IMG/VR virus record: IMGVR_UViG_3300031519_000144
Coordinates: 1-30,269 of that record
Source: a virus
Taxonomy: Duplodnaviria > Caudoviricetes
Length of the DNA: 30,269 nucleotides
Direction: 5' to 3' (one strand)
Shown: positions 28,401 to 30,269 of the stretch, piece after piece
Numbering within the stretch: position 1 is the first letter of the stretch
Layout: every line of letters begins with the position of its first letter
Translations under genes and position numbers: made by a program
Notes under the pieces: generated by a model
What the model was told of the DNA's origin: nothing
The model's input: only the letters and a program-made list of their open reading frames with translations
Databases searched by the model: none

Positions 28401-30269
28401 TACAAAGTTTTGCTAGGATACTTGACAAAGGAGATCTTACAGGTGAAGAATTAGCAGCAAAAGTAGTTAAAGGAGAAGTTGTGGGTACAACAACAGCGGA
28501 TGTTGATGCAACAGCAGACACACAGGCTAAAGGGCCTACTTTTTCTTTAAAAGCACAGCTGAATAAATTTGAAACAGCTCTTGAAAAAATAGAAGAGGAC
28601 TATGACAATAATATACTTGACTACGACGACTACGAACAAAAAAGAGATTTACAAGAAGAAAGAATAGCTGCTGTAAAAAAGAAAATTGAATCTGTAGGTG
28701 AAAGCGAAGTAGTGTCTAAGCCTAAAAAGAAAAAAGAAAGTACCGCTGATCAAAAAGAGCAAAACGCGGAGGTAGATGCTTTGGTAGGCGAAAAAGATGT
28801 TGAAGGAAATTACATATCAAGTAAAAAAGAATGGTTGAAAGACGGTGTAGCTAAAGCTTATAACGCTATAGTTAAGGGAAATTTAATAGACGGTTTAATA
28901 GTAAAAGGTATTGTAGGTGATACAGTGCAAGGCAAATCTGTTGCAGAGTTTGTGCAGGAAGTTAAAGAAAGCTTAACTCCTCTTTTAATGAGATTTAATC
29001 CTGAAATTAATAACAGTCTAATAGGTTTTATTAATAGTCAATTGCGTTTTAGAAAAGGTGATGCTCTTAAAAAACTTAGAAAGAGTAAAACAGAAGATAT
29101 TGACTCGGGCACAAGAGAAATGAATGCTATTGAAAACAAAGCAGACAAAACCTCTAAAGAAACTAGACAGGAGCCTATAGGCAATCTATTAAAAGCAACT
29201 AGTCTAATATCTCAAGCTACAAGAAGTAAACTAGCTGAGGGCCTTAAGAAATGGGCTATAAGCAATAAAATTGATTTTGATAATTTTAGGTTTAGTATGG
29301 TGGACACAACACTTACTATTACAGATGAATTAGGTAACCCTGTGTTTCAAGAGCTTAAAGGAAAACAAGTTGTAGAGTCTTTATTAGATGACGCTATGCG
29401 CGAAATATTTCCTAATGTTAGTCCTGATAAAATATTAGACACTAGAAAAATGTTTACAGGTAAAGAAGCTAGCGCAATGCACAAAGCTTTTATTGCCGAT
29501 GTTGTTGATCCTGATTCTGTTATAAAGTCGAGTGATACCGACAATTTAGCTGGAATATTTATAAAAATATTACCTAAAGGAGCTGTTGCTGCTGATGGTA
29601 AAAACAAAGCACTTGCTAAAGATGTTAACACAAATAAAGCTACTGCTTTAGATCCTAGTATTTTACAAAACTTCTATGTTAAATCCGGAAATGCTATTGG
29701 TAAGACTGGATTACAGGAATATGTTTTAAAAGATAATATTAGATACAGTGACGTTTATGCTGCTTTTGGTATGGATTCAGCTGGAAATAAAACTACTTAT
29801 AATCGTAGCGGAAACACTAGATCTGTATTAGCTGCTTCTGGTAGATTACTAGGACAATTAATGATGAACGAAGTTATTCGTACTGATCTTGGTTTAACTA
29901 CTGAACAGCAATTAAATACAGCTGCAGGTAAAAGTGATGCGATGTTTAGTATTCAGAAACAATTAGCTAACAATGTAACTCCTATAAACAAACTTTCAGA
30001 AGCAAAACAATTGCAAATTTATAATTTAGCAGGCGAGGGAATAAGAGAGGTGCAAAATAAAATAGCTAATTTAAAAGAAATTATTTTAGCTATAGATGGA
30101 GAGCCTGTATGGATCGCAGAATATATGCCTTATGTTGAAGCCGTTATAAAAGATTTTAAAATTAGATCAAAAGAAAAATGGCCTAGATCTGAAGAAAGAA
30201 TTATTGAGGCTTTTATGGAAATTAAAAATTTACCTAAAGGAATTGAAATACTTCAAGAAATTCTTAATA
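25493..30269 (+). CDS. Giant multidomain internal virion/ejection protein (partial, >1590 aa; runs off window end)
   Basis: Hand translation from ATG 25493 (MDIYIVIVNGVKQ...) finds no in-frame stop to 30269. Gly-rich hydrophobic region ~26820-27310, HEVGH at 28070-28084, sigma-2-like segment ~28850-29083. Confidence 0.88.
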   Translation, partial: MDIYIVIVNGVKQRVTISPEEYDGFIAEYPDAILEEKETQDFQADTAADVDVVSEKVTLDTDSASENGSLELTETFKPESEEQQRVDKAMADIKAIEITPELEAEWEAEVNSGPVDIMVDNPNSGWNDKSTKMPYDNKVKEARTMLAKNQKVSEAEVPSDDVIKLAKTLTVKEKRQDWLATKREEAFERYEDDVNPLLSFNPIDKFIKQYAPPGMYETDVEEEYRLGRKQMTSRFNNEFLEKEKEIDNRSKSIDENVALMDVAKLKIQELDTKYINTPNEVTAEEINEYKNLVETYKTAYGSAISASDGLSEMATDSDDIEVLADMAKRTYNNVDVATNRIKSAAVNLASGLGILGSEINIQAVLKRTGVLDDENVGELPVFMQNWYKAGDEVNKGIKAGSAKLYEVANEITGATKHRQEFEGAADSLENFGEFMLDLLTEQSVNTAITVGTGGAGLLILAGGAAGNKMNEMNEEILEGENISPAQFYAAGLLYGVAEYVTEKVSLGQALRGLNAMGLPVKNFTKAFDLGSSGLKGGMTFGRAFKRWGKGINQEGMAELGAQLSNNLVDNYLLGKDVSITDGLSEAYITGGLMSGLGFGAPVIATDIAKAFMNDGLMAKRNDLSAKMLQLSKDQEKIQSQSLGVFNKEAAEAYNLLQKQKEALLFESHRLMKNVSSTVDALDSTDRQRLIDLSNDTYNLKAENEKLNKNTMIPKEALKGLIEANTTKIQSNNNQRDLILDNTLYSKDKAMADKLAADFIAKNNLGESILYIDGKTTDEVADQMKAEADKAVAEGKITPKQYTKLKTDIQAFKETKGVEGVYIGQDVGIPMVATVEDVALGTLGVEVPFAPGQYNGAVKRHEVGHAILFSKFLTGNPAAYKLVEQFEKYMINNYKGAAERFAAVDANYPPGKFTKNKILEEKLATMLEYVSKTNISMDKTFSNKVMNIFKGDKDFSKLESVKDAEGVLGMLQSFARILDKGDLTGEELAAKVVKGEVVGTTTADVDATADTQAKGPTFSLKAQLNKFETALEKIEEDYDNNILDYDDYEQKRDLQEERIAAVKKKIESVGESEVVSKPKKKKESTADQKEQNAEVDALVGEKDVEGNYISSKKEWLKDGVAKAYNAIVKGNLIDGLIVKGIVGDTVQGKSVAEFVQEVKESLTPLLMRFNPEINNSLIGFINSQLRFRKGDALKKLRKSKTEDIDSGTREMNAIENKADKTSKETRQEPIGNLLKATSLISQATRSKLAEGLKKWAISNKIDFDNFRFSMVDTTLTITDELGNPVFQELKGKQVVESLLDDAMREIFPNVSPDKILDTRKMFTGKEASAMHKAFIADVVDPDSVIKSSDTDNLAGIFIKILPKGAVAADGKNKALAKDVNTNKATALDPSILQNFYVKSGNAIGKTGLQEYVLKDNIRYSDVYAAFGMDSAGNKTTYNRSGNTRSVLAASGRLLGQLMMNEVIRTDLGLTTEQQLNTAAGKSDAMFSIQKQLANNVTPINKLSEAKQLQIYNLAGEGIREVQNKIANLKEIILAIDGEPVWIAEYMPYVEAVIKDFKIRSKEKWPRSEERIIEAFMEIKNLPKGIEILQEILN

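Noticed and set aside
25618-29631. Minus-strand ORFs in the last 5 kb (and other short antisense ORFs throughout)
   Set aside because: Ser/Leu/Phe-rich shadows of long + strand genes, with no motifs or leaders.
1-30269. Stop-codon reassignment as in some crAss-like phages
   Set aside because: Long genes are intact in the standard code and TAG is used as a real stop (44, 13803, 23165). Absence of TGA stops alone is not evidence.
25493-30269. crAss-type virion RNA polymerase
   Set aside because: No DxDGD/DFDID catalytic motif in the translated portion; it cannot be excluded beyond the window.
1-30269. CRISPR array, tRNA, intron/intein, integrase, DGR or endolysin
   Set aside because: None recognised by eye: no spaced direct repeats, intergenic gaps too short or unstructured for tRNA, TerL motifs contiguous, and no RT or lysin motifs.

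Overview
The whole window is the virion morphogenesis region of a tailed dsDNA phage. It is AT-rich, every credible gene is on the + strand, and the genetic code is standard. It is most likely a short-tailed (podovirus-type) phage of Bacteroidota/Flavobacteriia with crAss-like structural gene order; host and taxonomy are inferred, not searched. Gene order: cluster of small basic proteins, mini HExxH zincin, 3TM-type holin and a secreted protein (1-4.8 kb); tandem GroES-like protein; probable TerS; TerL; portal; scaffold-like protein; major capsid protein; head/tail ring proteins; split tail stabilisation (muzzle) protein; cupin; and three ejection-type proteins. The last is a giant ORF (25493 to beyond 30269, >1590 aa) missing from the ORF track, which I translated by hand. 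It carries a membrane-channel-like segment, a HEVGH zincin and a sigma70 region-2-like segment, separated by FS[L/I] linkers. The best candidates for undescribed biology are: (i) a virion-injected, possibly self-cleaving polyprotein delivering a sigma-like domain, with a candidate cognate promoter AAACRYGTRATTATA; (ii) a compact H-type RNA pseudoknot plus unstructured A/C leader ahead of the 1158 gene; (iii) a shared [S/T/N/H]P[L/M/A]x[K/M] motif across small basic proteins next to a stand-alone zincin. All family assignments come from motif recognition by eye.
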